Numbered from the stretch's first letter, positions 41,101 to 55,425 are shown. The stretch is DNA of 64,000 nucleotides from Mizuhopecten yessoensis (GCF_002113885.1 NW_018404492.1:6164-70163), one strand, 5' to 3'. Numbers and translations: made by a program. Notes: generated from the sequence alone by a model not told the origin.

Positions 41101-42220
41101 AAGGAGTCATTTGACAAAAGATCTAGGAAGTAAATATGTTTGAACATTTGACAAAGAATCTAGGAAGTGAACATGTTTGAATGAGACATTTGACAAAGGA
41201 TCTAGGAAGTGAACATGTTTGGAGAATACTTTTGACAAAGGATCTAAGAAGTGAACATGTTTGAAGGAGTCATTTGACAAAGGATCTAGGAAGTAAATAT
41301 GTTTGAATGAGACATTTAACAAAGGATCTAGGAAGTGAACATGCTTGAAGGAGTCATTTGACAAAGGATCTAGGAAGTGAACATGTTTGAATGAGACATT
41401 TGACAAAGGATCTAGGAAGTGAACATGTTTGGAGGAAACATTTGACAAAGGATCTAGGAAATGAACATGTTTGAAGGAGTCATTTGACAAAGGATCTAGG
41501 AAGTAAATATGTTTGAATGAGACATTTAACAAAGGATCTAGGAAGTGAACATGTTTAAATGAGACATTTGGCAAAGGATCTTGGAAGTGGGAATGATTGA
41601 ACGACCATTTAACAAAGGATCTTGGAAGTGAACATGTTTGAATGAGACATTTGGCAACGGATCTTGGAAGTGGGAATGATTGAACGAGACATTTAACAAA
41701 GGATCTAAGTATTGCAAATGTTTGATTGAGACATTTGGCAATTTTTCTAGGAATTTGAAAAGTGTGAATTAGATATTTAGTGACGGTTCTTGGCAGTGGT
41801 AATGTTGTAATGAGACGTTGGCAACGGTTCTATGTTATGGTCATGTTTTAATGAGACATTTGGCAAAGATCTAAGTTGTGCGAATGTTTGAACGATACAT
41901 ATGGCAACGGTTCTCGGTAGCTGGAATGTTTGAACGAGACATTTGGCAATAATTCTAAGTCGTTGAAATGTTTGAATGAGTTATTGAGCAATAATTCTAA
42001 GTAGTTGAAATGTTTGAATGAGTTACTGAGAAGGTTGAAAAAGACATTCCGAGACGGATCTTGGGTGTGTAAGTCCTTGTTGGAGATATCTACTAAAGGG
42101 TCTGTGTGACAAGGATGTTTGAATGATACATTTGTACATTTATATGGGTCTTAGGAGTGTTGACTTTTGAACGATACATCTGTTGAAGATTTTTGGCAGC
42201 GGAGACATTCGGTAAAGGGT
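38135..42220. repeat. 42-bp minisatellite with degenerate flanks
   Basis: Unit gaatgagacatttgacaaaggatctaggaagtgaacatgttt. Homogeneous at 39260-41740, decayed copies on both sides. Confidence 0.96.
38614..39257. mobile_element. Non-autonomous DNA transposon inserted in the 42-bp satellite (PIF/Harbinger-like, tentative)
   Basis: TIR ggtagcag.g.a.agtag / ctactgtacactgctacc. 3-bp direct repeat TAG (38611-38613, 39258-39260). Excision rejoins one satellite unit. Confidence 0.75.
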
Positions 42221-42575
42221 CAAAGTAATAGAAACGATTGAAAATGCATACAGCATGTACATGTATAATACAGCTGACCGCGTCTACGTTTGCTACTAGC
42301 CCGCAACACGAGAATAAATAATTGATGGTTCGGAGTCGGTGGGCCTATGATCCGGAGCGTACGTGCGATACACGTGTGCTCGTTAAGACGTTTTAAGATA
42401 GCAATAGAAGCATGGCCATTAAGTTCGTGACTGTTTTTCTGGTAAGATAAACATGACACCAACAAAGCCCCACATGCTTTCTTGCATCATGTTTCTTTGT
42501 GTAAGTTCTTCAAATATTTAGAAACATTAACGATGATAACAAATCAAATCGTTGCACATAGAAATATACAATATA

Positions 42576-44082
42576 TACTAGCGGATAAAAATAACTGTGC
42601 ATGCATAAAATGTGTTGTAAAAATAAATGTGTATGACGTAGAACAACAAGGTTTTCGGGGATAATTTATTTGTTATTTAATAACAGTCACATTCCATTTT
42701 CCACGTTATGGAATCAATACGTTCCGCTCAGGAGTGACGTAAACACAGCAGTGGTCAATACCGAGTTCACAAAGTTAATACCTCGTATGTCGACCGTTTG
42801 CCTAAATGCAAGCCTGGTAACGTCGACGCATGGAGCCTATCAGACGGTTCAAGAATGCTTGTGGGAGGGCATTCCAGATCTGTACCAACGCTGCAGCCAA
42901 ATCAGTCAACGTCACCGGTTGATTAGGTAATGCCCGTAATCTGCGCTTCCTTTCATCCCAGACGTGATCAATGGGCGACAGATCGGGGGATACAGCAGGC
43001 CAGGACAACACGTCAACGTTCTGCTTGGCCAGAAAGTCCATAGCGACATGAGCTGTGTGTGTCCTGGCGTTGTCCTGCTGTAGCGTTATGTGACGTTGCT
43101 GCCCTTGCACGATTAAACGACGTGAGTCCGGAAATCTCGTCACGGTAACATAGCGCGTTTAAATTCCCGTCAACAACCACCAGAGGCATTCTCCCGTTGG
43201 CTGTGATGCCGCCCCAAATCATAACGCTGCCTCCGCCGAAAGAGCGTCGTTGTACCACACACGCGTCACGGAAACGTTCTCCAACGCGACGATACACTCT
43301 GAAACGGCCGTCACTACTATCCAGGTGGACTCGCGACTCGTCCGTTAAAAAAAATGCCTGCCCAATCCCGTCGAGTAAATCGCAAATGCCTTCTATACAG
43401 TTCAGACGTGCTACACGATGACGTGGCAGAAGAACTGGGCGGATTGCAGGACGTCGCGGACAGATAGCTCGTTCACGCAATCGGTTCTGTACAGTTCTCG
43501 GGCTTATTGGTAGCAACCCAGAGATTGTCCGTGCAGTCAAACTTGTCGTTTAGAAGCAATTTCTCAAATGGACAAGCCGAACATGGTTGTCCTGTTGACG
43601 TGACGTCACACGTGGACGTACCGCACGAGGTCGATCGCCGACGTGGCCAAACTGTTGATGTCGTCTCCACAAATCCCGGATTGTGTTTCGATGGACATGA
43701 GAACGTGTAGAGACAACGGCTTAGCCCATACCAGCTTGAAGCATACCAATAATCTGGAGGCGGTCATTTTCATTGAGCCTCGGCATAGTATTAATCACAA
43801 ATTAAAACGTTATAATGCTCTTTTTACTGTTCACTGGTCTCAACAGAGTGACCCAACAGTTGAAAAATAAACTTTCATTGTCGAATTGGATGGCTGGCCG
43901 AGAAAAACGTGCAAACTGGTCAACGCCTATAGAGAGCAAACTACACGGGAAAAACTGTCAATGACACACGGATAGTGTGTATGTGCCATACTCGGTCATG
44001 TGTGTGAATTTTCATGTATATACAGTTGTTAATACATGTTCTATAACAATTCTTCGCATACACAGTTTCTTTTCCGCTAATA
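42576..44082 (-). mobile_element. Decayed Tc1-family DNA transposon
   Basis: Degenerate TIRs of about 30 bp (tactagcggataaaaataactgtgcatgc / gcatacacagtttcttttccgctaata) in TA runs, enclosing a transposase remnant. Confidence 0.85.
42775..43786 (-). pseudogene. Tc1-like DDE transposase pseudogene
   Basis: MPRLNENDRLQIIGMLQAG..., ISPRTVQNRLRE, FLTDESR, FGGGSVMIWGGI, LQQDNARTH, WPAVSPDLSPIDHVWD, CI*ANGRHTRY. Several stops and frameshifts. Confidence 0.93.
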
Positions 44083-45625
44083 TATATATATAAGTACTGA
44101 AAATGTGCACATATATCCAAACACACGCGGGCACTTAGTGAAATTTCCAATCTGAGAACACTTCAGTTATATAGTCTCTTTGTGCTTTCCAGTATAGATG
44201 TTTCCATAGAAACGGATATTGATATTTTTAAGATACTGGAGAGACTCGCCACATAGTGTGTTATACTGCTTCGTGACGGTGCTACATAGCGCTGACCTTG
44301 TAATGGCTGTGTGTGTACTGAATCCATATTCACATCCAATCATTCTGATGTAAAACTCAATCAACGTATCTATTATACTGTAAATTATCTATAAATTTCC
44401 TGACTTCTTCCCGCCTTAGTATGGTATACTAGTGTTCCTCATATCTCATCAATCGTCTGTTGTATATCGTGTCTTCCTAGAAGAGGGTATTGGCTACGGG
44501 CATCATGATTAATGCTTACATAATGTCACTGAGAACCCAAATACCTGATTTCAATTAATTATGAATGATTATATATTACAGCCAGATATGCCAAACTGGA
44601 TGCAGTGTATAGTTAGCATTGCCTTTACATACACTGTGCTTCATATTATATACAGTGTATCTTGTGCATTGTGGGGGGAAATCTTAATGAAGACTGCATG
44701 TGTCGCCGGTCTCAAATCAATGACATATTAAACTGTGTCGTGGTTTCCTTTGTTTTTTTGTAAAAAAATTAATCGAACATGCAACTGTGCAGATATTCGA
44801 AATATTTTATCTTTACATGTGGAGACGCATGTGGAAGACGCCACTCTTAGTATGGTCCAACGGCAATCGAACGTTCTATTCTTTGCGTAGATTTTCAGTT
44901 TCAAGTTTATGATGAAGCAACGGCAGAATAAGTGGTTGTGTGTTCCACCTATGCAGCCTACATTATTGTTTTTACATAAATACACTATTAATATCATTTT
45001 TGTCTGGAAATCCTGACGCTTTAACCCAGAAGACGGTTGATATTTTATCCAGAGGAACATTGTCAATAGAAATAATTGTAACAATCGCTGCTTCTCTTTT
45101 TTAGAAGATGACGTCATTACCTAATCGTTGACATTTAAACGTACATAAGCGTGATGTGTGACAAATATTGAGTGACAATGGTGCTAAATGCATAATTAAT
45201 GCCATTAACTATTTATAAAATAAATATAATTAAATTAATTGAAGTATGCAGGATCCGTTCCCTCGAGGTTGTTGGACTGTCAGTTACTCATTTTCATAAA
45301 AAAGAGATTGTGGTCCAGCAGGTTTGCTGCATTTTCAACCAAATTTGACAGCCAATGGTTTTGCGCTAGTTATGCGACGTATTTTAAGATTGGCCATTGA
45401 GAGAAATAAAGCAATCTATATAGATTAAGAATACCGGTGTTCTCACATATCTCATTAAAAATCATACCAATCTTGACAAAAGTATAAAGTTTTGATGATG
45501 AAGCTGGTCTAAATGAACATCCTTCGTGGATATCTTGGTGACAGCTTTGTTTTATTTGAACTTTTGGTCTCTCGCACCCGCTCGGAGATATCAAAAATAG
45601 CATCCAATCGATTATCTACAGGGGA

Positions 45626-45741
45626 AGCCCGAGTCTCCTCTGGCCCTAACACCAAACGTAGTCACTTTGACATATATATATAGATGTCTGTCAACATGCA
45701 TATGTCTAAGTCTGTTGTAAGGGTCAGAGGGAACTCTGGCT
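45626..45741. mobile_element. Small MITE-like element
   Basis: Imperfect TIR of about 27 bp, agcccgagtctcctctggccctaacac / gttgtaagggtcagagggaactctggct. No clear TSD. Confidence 0.55.
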
Positions 45742-46309
45742 ACTACATTGTACCTGCGACCAAACGATATAGCGGATATAACAATAAAAATATCCCAGAA
45801 AAACCACAACTGCCGTCCATTTATTTCAAATATTGAATGGCGAAAACATTACTTCTATATTATAACTTAGTTGAAAGAATGAGAGAAAAATGATGCATTT
45901 ACCTCAAGCATGCTTGTAACAATAGTATCGATGCATCTACCACAATATACAATTATGTCGGCCCCTGTAAATATTGTTCAGACCAGGTCCGTAACTCAGG
46001 GATAGACCGAAACGGAAGTCCACAATTGTTTTATTATATGACATTTTACAATGAGATTAATAATGTTTTATGTCGTAAACATATGGAGGGCATGGACCAT
46101 TTTAGAATCACAGAGTGAAGGACTTCAAATTCAAAATAACATACACAAAAAATTGAATTTCAGATTCAATTCATGTGCTATTTAATTTCAAGTAAATATT
46201 ATTTGCCCAATCGACATCATCAATAATTACATAGTTCAGAACTTGATGAGATAATTCATTTGTAGTTGAATTCAGCTGTGTGATTGGTAACAGAATTACA
46301 GACTAGCCT

Positions 46310-46550
46310 GGGAATTACCTAGGCCTATTTTTAGTAGTGGTTTGCGTCACTTTTCTATTTATAGGTCGAGGTCTGTAACACTTTTCTACTTAAAGAACGA
46401 GGTCTGTAACTGATGATTTGATTGCAATTGGCTGTTAATCGATGTCTTGGAAATTACCCAGGTATATTTTTAGTAGCGATTTGCAACACTTTTCTATCTA
46501 TAGATCGAGGTCTGTACCTTTTTTCTTTTCATAGAACGAGGTCTGTAACA
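46310..46550. repeat. Diverged local duplication (about 100 bp, 139-bp spacing)
   Basis: ggRaattaccYagg..tatttttagtag...cgaggtctgta...gaacgaggtctgtaac occurs twice. Confidence 0.8.
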
Positions 46551-47197
46551 TATTTACAGACTCGTCACATAACGTCGCTCCTCCAATCAGGGCGGGGAAT
46601 TAGCACCAGGCATTTAATTATGTGTGGTATTGCATGTGGTTTTGCAGTCACTCAGTTTTCCCGAGGAAACCAAACATCCATTTGTTAATGGGATGCATAA
46701 TGTACATTGTAAATATATACTCCAGGTATATTGCCAATTTTCCACAAAATTACCTATTTAAACTACAGGTAGCATTCATGCTGATGAATAAACCGTACTT
46801 TATAGTTAAGATATGTATGAAAGTCAGCAGTAGTAAGAAAAATATACATACAATGAATATACATGTATATGTATATGTGTATATATATAATTGATCTACC
46901 GATTGACAATGGTTTAGTATGGCGTTTACCTTGTTTATTTTACATAGTAAATATCTTAAATTCACAACCGATGAGTTGGTTTTAATGCTGCTGTTTCTGG
47001 ATGAGAGGCCAGGAACAGCGAGATATTTGCCATTGTAGCTATTCAACCCGATCTAACTGAGAATGTTCATTGTAGGTGTGCGCCCAAGCAGCATACACAC
47101 GCATTGTGTATAGAGTGACTATTATATTAAGTTTATCATATCTACAAATATGTCATCTTTTAAAATGATGTTTAAATTCAGTTCATAGATTGTAGAT

Positions 47198-47349
47198 CAG
47201 TGGCGGATCCAGAGGGTTGAAGAAATCCCCCCACCCTGAGAAGTTTCTTTAAAAATCATGTATTTTTCATCACTTCCTCAAATTTTCCCCGTATTGAAAC
47301 TCCTTGGAAATTTGGAAACCGCCCGAATAGATCTCTGGATCCGCCACTG
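47198..47349. mobile_element. 152-bp MITE with hAT-like TIRs and a 5-bp TSD
   Basis: Perfect 17-bp TIR cagtggcggatccagag / ctctggatccgccactg, with tagat directly repeated on both sides. Confidence 0.9.
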
Positions 47350-47605
47350 TAGATACATTTGTACTTAGTCCATATGCTGTTTTTACATTTTATAATATTT
47401 TTTGACACGTAATGATCTAGGTGTACACTATATCCTTACTGACCGTGGCCAAAACTTCAACGGATTCACACCAACCAAAACCTTACTGTACCCGATAAAA
47501 TGAAACTATGTTATTTGTATGAAGTTTTCTATTGAAACTTTATGAAATATATTAAAGTTTATTTACATACAGTTTCTCTGTTCTCGTTAAAGTTGTTTGG
47601 GAAAC

Positions 47606-48067
47606 GCCATTGTACCTATATGCCTACCTATGCCATTGTACCTATTTGCCTACCTATGCCATTGTACCTATATGCCTACCTATGCCATTGTATCTATATG
47701 CCTATGGCATTGTACCTATAAGCCTACCTATGCCATTGTACCTATATGCCTAACTATGCCATTGTACCTATATGCCTACCTATGGCATTGTACCTATATG
47801 ACTACCTATGCCATTGTACCTATATGCCTACTTATACCATTGTACCTATATGCCTACCTATGCCATTGTACCTATATGCCTACCTATGCCATTGTATCTA
47901 TATGCCTACCTATGGCATTGTACCTATATGCCTACCTATGCCATTATACCTATATGCCTACCTATGCCATTGTACATATATGCCTACCTATGGCATTGTA
48001 CCTATATGACCACCTATGCCGTTGTACCTATATGCCTACCTATGCCATTGTACCTATATGCCTACCT
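47606..48067. repeat. 26-bp minisatellite
   Basis: tatgcctacctatgccattgtaccta, about 18 copies. Confidence 0.96.
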
Positions 48068-50423
48068 TTGTTCGGCTAGTATTCCACATTCGTTTGCATT
48101 ATCAATATAAGCAAATGTATTGGAGCATTCAACATTTTACCTTACTCAGTAGAATATAAACGAAGTGCCTGTTAATTGTCATTATAAGGTATATCGAATG
48201 CTTAAGTGGCTAAGCCGAAACCTTAATCTAAGACTGTTGTGAGTGCGAGTCATGCTAATCCTGACAGTTTCATTCCCACCTTAAGCTTTGAATCCAGAAA
48301 CACTTCGGAATACAGACTGGAAAGCTGTCTCCCGAAAATAATAGCTGAATATATAGCTGCATTATTGCATCTCCGGAGGCTGGATTAGGGTTAAGAGTTC
48401 TGAAGGGAAGGAAATGGAGTCAGAATCTAAAAAAGAAGATATATACTATGACACATGACATGTCAACGTTATTGTTGTCTGAACGATAAAATTTGATAAT
48501 TGAAGTGATATGAAAGGGATCCTCACTTCATACATTCCTGCTGAGACAACTGTTAAGAATCTGCAGTAACAACACGGTACTATCCGGCCTACAGTGGATG
48601 CTATATCAAAAAGAGAGCGTTCTACTCAAATAGATTAACAATGGAACCTACCACTCGAAGGCTGAATAATAATTCGATAATAATCGTTTTTCTACAGTCT
48701 ACGTAAAGCTTGAAACCGTTTAGATGACTTGTAAATTCAGCCTTTCATTCACTTTAATGTGTGACAGGGACTAAACTTAATACAATCGGTCGTGAACAAC
48801 ATTTTGAGGAACACTTTGTCTCATTTGCTAACAGCAATATCTTCTCTCAAAGGAATCAAATATATGTCTTAGCTTTGAATACAAGTGACCGTTTAAATGC
48901 TTGATCGATACGGTGGCTGGTTTGCTGTCGAGATGGCGTCCCCAGAAGGCTAAACAAATCGCTACGTCACAGATACATCATTCATTAATCCGGTGTAATT
49001 GTCAGGCCAGAATGGTTTAGCTGTGACCGCTACAGACACCAATGTTTTGCATGCGTTGGTCCCACTTTCACCCTCCGCTCTCTCGTCCATATCTCAGCGT
49101 TTATGGAGCCTGATCTCGCAATATACTGGATGTCTGTTTATTTCTTTTGTGAATATGTGGTCCAACGATTGCGAGGTCTTACACTCAAGTAAGTACAGTA
49201 TGGCATTGTCCACGCAATGCAGCCTATTTTGTTTGTGTCATCGCAATGTATTTAGTGTTATGTTTCCCAATGCATTCTTTGAAAGCCTCGGCTACATAAA
49301 ACATACTCTTTTAGCACTAAACGTTTAAGACCCTGTTTAGGACTCCGTAACGCTAAGTGTTCATCTATCAAAGTTAATGCATACTGACCTGTAGCTTGCA
49401 TATTGCCATTTGATAAGACACGCCCGCCTCTACATGATGGGATTAGCAATCGTATGTCGTGAGAGTGTAGCCATGCAGTAACATGTACATGTACCAAAGT
49501 ACATGTTTACCGGCGTTTTCGGTAAACTGGTCGTCTGCTCAGGAACAAGCGTACTGAGACTAAATACTGTACATTGCAGAATTGCATGACGATGTTTCTA
49601 CATGTTGCGTTCTGTCCGCTTTGCAAGTATGGAAGCATGCATCATTGCCATTAAGGAGCTAATGCCTGTTTCAAAACTGATTAACACTCTGCCATGTAGA
49701 CTGCCGTCACGTGGTTCAACAATACATCTAGTCGAATTGCTGAACAGACGAGTATATAACACCAAGAGCATACTTCTTTTGTGTTTTGTCAGCCCTTTGT
49801 ATTATTATATGATCGACAATTTAGTTTCTTTATTTACTGAGACTTTAAAATGAAATTATTTCTTAATCGAAATTTCCGTCAAAAGCTACAAATTGTTCCC
49901 ATATCTAAATTGCTCAATCTGCTGCATGCTGCTGTTTTCTCTGATTTGTCAAGACCAGAGCCAAGTTAAACGCCACCTTTGTCTAGTGTCTGTCAGACAT
50001 TCCTTTCACATCCGTACTTCAGACCACTGTAAGTGATGTCTGTCTGTATGTCATTACAGAGCTGCTGCACAGACTAAAACAAAATGAGAAATATTTACTC
50101 CTTTGTGTATTTGCGTATGTCTGGCGAGCCAATCTCATGTTTTTAAGAATTGGTCAAAGTACAATGGATTACTCCCAATTAACTTTCCTGGCGTGGATCC
50201 CGTGACTTGCCTGGGTCTCTCGATCTTTGGTTGATTATAAGTCAATTTAGACTTTGCTAAATTTGCTCCCTTGGATGTTTGATTTTATGTTTGAAACTAG
50301 GCAGATATAAGCTAGTAAAATAATGTTGGAAGTCAGTCAATAAGTACCCCTTACGTATGGTACAAAGTGTACAGTCGTTTTTAACAATGAGACAAGGGTA
50401 GACATGGTAATCGCTATATAGGT

Positions 50424-50649
50424 GTGGTCGGGAGGCGCAGTGGACAGCGCACGCGCGTTTCGCCAAGATGGCCTGAGTTCAGTTCCCCGATCAGACGTGT
50501 AAAGGTATTGGGTTACCTTGCCGATCACGTGTTGTTTTCCATTACTCCAGTTTCCTTCCTCAATAAGGCCATGTTCGCTTCAATCCGAGCCAAAAAGAGT
50601 TATAACTATCAGTTGGAAGAACTGGTTTTATAACTGTTGTAAAATAAAT
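50424..50649 (+). mobile_element. tRNA-derived SINE, same family as 4429-4643
   Basis: gtggtcgggaggcgcagtgg (A-box-like), gagttcagttccc (B-box-like), core gtaaaggtattgggttaccttgccgatcacgtg and tail ataactgttgtaaaataaat, all shared with the other copy. Confidence 0.75.
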
Positions 50650-52556
50650 GTATATACAACCTCTCTATAGCTTGGTCGGACTGTAAACTTTCCTTATGGA
50701 TAAAGTAAAATAAATGTATATACAACCTCTCCATAGGATGGTCGGACTGTAAACGTTCCTTATGGATAAGGTAAAATAAATGTATATACCACCTCTCCAT
50801 AGCTTGGTCGGACTGTAAACGTTCCTTATGGATAAGGTAAAATAAATGTATATACAACCTATCCATAGCTTGGTCGGACTGTAAACTTTCCTTATGGATA
50901 AGGTAAAATAAATATATATACAACCTCTCCATAGCTTGGTCGGACTGTAAACTTTCCTGATGGATAAGGTAAAATAAATGTTTATACAACCTCTCCATAG
51001 GTTGGTCGGACTGTATACTTTCCGTATGGATAAGGTAAAATAAATGTATATACAACCTCTCTATAGCCTGGTCGGACTGTAAACGTTCCTTATGGATAAG
51101 GTAAAATAAATGTATATACAACCTATCCATAGCTTGGTCGGACTGTAAACTTTCCTTATGGATAATGTAAAATAAATATATATACAACCTCTCCATAGGT
51201 TGGTCGGACTGTATACTTTCCGTATGGATAAGGTAAAATAAATGTATATACAACCTCTCTATAGCCTGGTCGGACTGTAAACGTTCCTTATGGATAAGGT
51301 AAAATAAATGTATATACCACCTCTCCATAGCTTGGTCGGACTGTAAACGTTCCTTATGGATAAGGTAAAATAAATGTATATACAACCTCTCTATAGCTTG
51401 GTCGGACTGTAAACTTTCCTTATGGATAATGTAAAATAAATATATATACAACCTCTCCATAGGTTGGTCGGACTGTATACTTTCCTTATGGTTAAGGTAA
51501 AATAAATGTATATACAACCTCTCCATACCTTGGTCGGACTGTAAACTTTCCTTATGGATAAAGTAAAATAAATGTATATACAACCTCTCCATAGCTTGAA
51601 CGGACTGTAAACTTTCCTTATGGATAAGGTTAAATAAATGAATATACAACCTCTCCATAGGTTGGTCGGACTGTATACTTTCCTTAGGGATAAGGTAAAA
51701 TAAATGTATATACAACTTCTCCATAGCTTGGTCGGACTGTAAACTTTCCTGATGGATAAGGTAAAATAAATGTTTATACAACCTCTCCATAGGTTGGTCG
51801 GACTGTAAACTTTCCTTATGGATAAGGTTAAATAAATGAATATACAACCTCCCCATAGGTTGGTCGGACTGTATACTTTCCTTAGGGATAAGGTAAAATA
51901 AATGTATATACAACCGCTCCATAGCTTGAACGGACTGTAAACTTTTCTTATGGATAAGGTTAAATAAATGAATATACAACCTCCCCATAGGTTGGTCGGA
52001 CTGTATACTTTCCTTAGGGATAAGGTAAAATAAATGTATATACAACTTCTCCATAGCTTGGTCGGACTGTAAACTTTCCTTATGGATAAGTTAACAAAAA
52101 ATGTATATACAACCTCTCCATAGCTTGGACGGACTGTAAACTTTCCTTATGGATAAGGAAAAATAAATGTATATACAACCTCTCCATAACTTGGTCGGAC
52201 TGTAAACTTTCCTTATGAGTAAGGTAAAATAAATGTATATACAACCTCTCCATAGGTTGGTCGGACTGTAAACTTTCCTTATGGATAAGGTAACAAAAAA
52301 TGTATATACAACCTCTCCATAGCTTGGTCGGACTGTAAACTTTCCTTATGAGTAAGGTAAAATAAATGTATATACAACCTCTCCATAGCTTGGTCGGACT
52401 GGAAACTTTCCTTATGGATAAGGTAAAATAAATGTATATACAACTTCTCCATAGCTTGGTCGGACTGTAAACTTTCCTTATGGATAAGGTAAAATAAATG
52501 TATATACAACCTCTCTATAGCCTGGTCGGACTGTAAACGTTCCTTATGGATAAGGT
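50639..52556. repeat. 66-bp minisatellite, about 29 copies
   Basis: gtaaaataaatgtatatacaacctctccatagcttggtcggactgtaaactttccttatggataag. Confidence 0.97.
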
Positions 52557-52806
52557 TAGTACAGTATCTATTTCAACAGCAGAACAAACAGGTTTCACAT
52601 GTTTCGATACATCTCCGTGACAAATCAAAATCATGGTCATATATAAGAAGCTGAAACCCTAGTCGGCATTATGTTTCCTTTATAAGTTCAAAATGATGAT
52701 GAAACTATTAATCAAAAGTTTGTGCAAAACGTATGGCAAAAGAATTGCTCGTTTGGAAAAAAACAAAAGTATGTTTAGTTATTGCCTTTAAATAACGAAG
52801 TCAAAA

Positions 52807-52894
52807 TGATCATCCAAAACACGATAATGGTCATCCAAAACACGATAATGGTCATACAAAACACGATAATGGTCATACAAAACACGATAATGGT
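52807..52894. repeat. 21-bp tandem repeat x4
   Basis: atggtcatMcaaaacacgata. Confidence 0.92.
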
Positions 52895-55425
52895 GCTCAC
52901 AAACAGACGATGAGTGATAAACCCGCTAAATGTCTCAGGAAGTCTAGACTATGTCCGTCAACTGTCTCTTCGTCAGATGATCTAGAGGTGTTATATTAAC
53001 AACTATGTGTCGCCACTAGTTCTGGCAATATCCTAATTATATCGACTGAGAGTAAAAGTCTACGACATCTTTTGATGAGTTTTTGCGACCCGAAATAAAT
53101 GATGCTGATTGATGGTTTATCTGGTGACCGATATCAAAAAACGGAATGTTGTGAGAGGGTGTATATGATTGGTTCAGTAAAATTACTCGTTACCAAGTCA
53201 GTAAATGGCAGATGTGACATGTGGAATACTTCCAAGGAAAACAATGTTTATGCAATAAATAAGGAACATATTGAGCGTGATGTTAGGATGATGACATGTA
53301 AAAGATTTGTTTACTGCACTAATTTTTTTTTACTCAAGATTCAAATTGTTAAACATTAAACACGTGATATTTTAACTACTGTAAATTTAACATTCAAATA
53401 CCTTAGACATTTTGTCAAGTAGATATTTCATTGTTTGCTTACGTGCCCGCAGGAAGGGACGAAAGTGAGGGTAAGAAACGAAAATGTTAAATCACATACA
53501 CTATTCAAGATTCAATGAGAAGGAGGTAATAAGGAAAAGAGTTATTGGCCAGCATACCCTCATACAATGTTTCCCCGCTGTTGACCTATACAATGAACCA
53601 CAGTCACAGTTTTCAATGGAATTTTCAGTATAACTGTATCAACATCATAAGTATACTTCAAGTAGTCATCAGACACAAAACAAATAGAGAAAATATCGAC
53701 GTTTGTCAATTTTGTTTAATTAATCAGTTTCCTTTGAAATCGTATATTTCAAATCATTTGTATGAAAACAGTTTAATTATGAAGAGAACTAGCACGTAAA
53801 CCATCCAAAAGCATCATATACTAGTGAATCAAACGTATTTATTATAAATAGAAGTTGAGCAAAACTAAAGTAAAGATAATACAGCAAATCACATAACTGA
53901 TCCATTTTACTATGTCTTACTGCTATGTCATAACTATGGTATTACACATCTGTAATAAAATACTACTTTTATCACAATACAACATGATACATTAACTGTA
54001 ATTTTAAACTAATTTGAAAAGTTTGTTTTGGTATTTTCACTGCCATTTAAAACTGTACATTATTTATTTTTAAAAAGAAAGAAAAAATCTTGAACTACTT
54101 TGCACTGCACAGAACGACAATACCATGATCGGCAGTTTTAACTGTCAACTGAGAACACAAAATTGTCTCTGAATTTGTTTGGCAAATTATGAATAGTATG
54201 TGATATATAAAATCTTCCATTCGTGGTCATGTCATATTGAATTCATACATGCATGTATTAATATATAACACGCATTTATTTCTACAAACAAACAAAAACA
54301 ACTCCAAATTCTAACACCGTATCCGGTCTCGTGTACAACACCAGGATCGATTGAACACCTGGAGTTTATCATAAGGCTGCCACATGTGGACTCCGGTGGG
54401 GAGGGAATATAATAACAGTGCTCTATCATGCAAATCCCTTGCTGACACTGGCAATGATTTAGGACTACTAGTACTAGACAATCACTCCTATTATTCAACA
54501 TCCCCAACATAACTATATTGATCACTTTGAGCTGCTATTGACATAGGCCATACCCGGTGATTAATTTCAATTACAATCGTGTGCGTTCACGCTCGGTTAT
54601 TTTCCTTCATGTTAATTTGTTGTGTTCCGAAGTTCCCGCAAAGTACATACAAGATAGTCACTTGCTTTCAGTACGCGCTCACATGAAACATATCTTCTGG
54701 TGCATTGTACAGAAGAAGAATTGTTCGAGTTTCGAGCATGTTTCGAGCATTGAAAAAAACACCTTCTAATAAGCTTAGAAGACATTAGTCCCACTCAGGC
54801 CCTGGCCACTGTCGATCCTACACTTCGTCAATGATGCTACTAAGAGTTTGTAGAGTTATTGTTCTGTGTCAAACTGAAAGACGAATACCCCACCAATGTA
54901 AGTATATATACACCCGAACTGCATGATAATAACATGTTTTTCAATTTGTGTGAGAGGAAAGGCTAAAGTTACATGTATATAAGTTCGTTGACGGTAACAC
55001 GAGTCCACGTTACAAAAAATGTACTACCTTAATATTTAGTAATGAGTGACTTCGTAAAAAAAACAATGTTTTAATGTCATTTGTATTTATTGAGTATATG
55101 AATAAACGAGTTACATGTTTGCTTCGCAAATTTGAAGCCAGCTTAGTTCCGTTACAGTAAGTACACATTACTGGTATCTAGAGCCACAGCTGTGTAGCTG
55201 TTACATTGTACACGAGTTTAATCACGGGTTAGGGACCAGACATAGCAATGATGTAGAGACCGGATTCCACAAACGTATGCGATATTCAATATATGTCATT
55301 GATTGTTAGCGAGTATTGCGTATGAATACCAGATCAATGATAAGATTTCATCTTTACAGAAAGTGACAAACATTTCTCATATGTGACAGGGATTTTACAC
55401 ATATGTAAGTCCGAGTTGATAAATC

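Noticed and set aside
25529-41741. Repetitive ORFs in the 54, 30, 30 and 42-bp arrays (VIPDSGIDS, CICNLLDIN, VSPVECYIVQ, DPLSNVSFKHVH)
   Set aside because: Unit lengths divisible by 3 explain the open frames. There are indels, no splice context and no recognisable domain.
42960-43080. Transposase triad reads DD34D (SPIDHVW) as in mariner
   Set aside because: The surrounding motifs are Tc1-type and the copy is heavily mutated, so a single E-to-D change after insertion is the simpler reading.
50424-50495. Possible tRNA gene
   Set aside because: Only degenerate A/B boxes and no cloverleaf. It continues into a SINE core and tail shared with another copy.
50609-52054. 481-aa ORF of 22-aa repeats (MERLYIHLFYLIHKESLQSDQA), superficially LRR-like
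   Set aside because: It is the 66-bp satellite. It lacks the LRR Asn, unit differences are mostly amino-acid-changing, the frame breaks near 52090, and it is antisense within a predicted intron.
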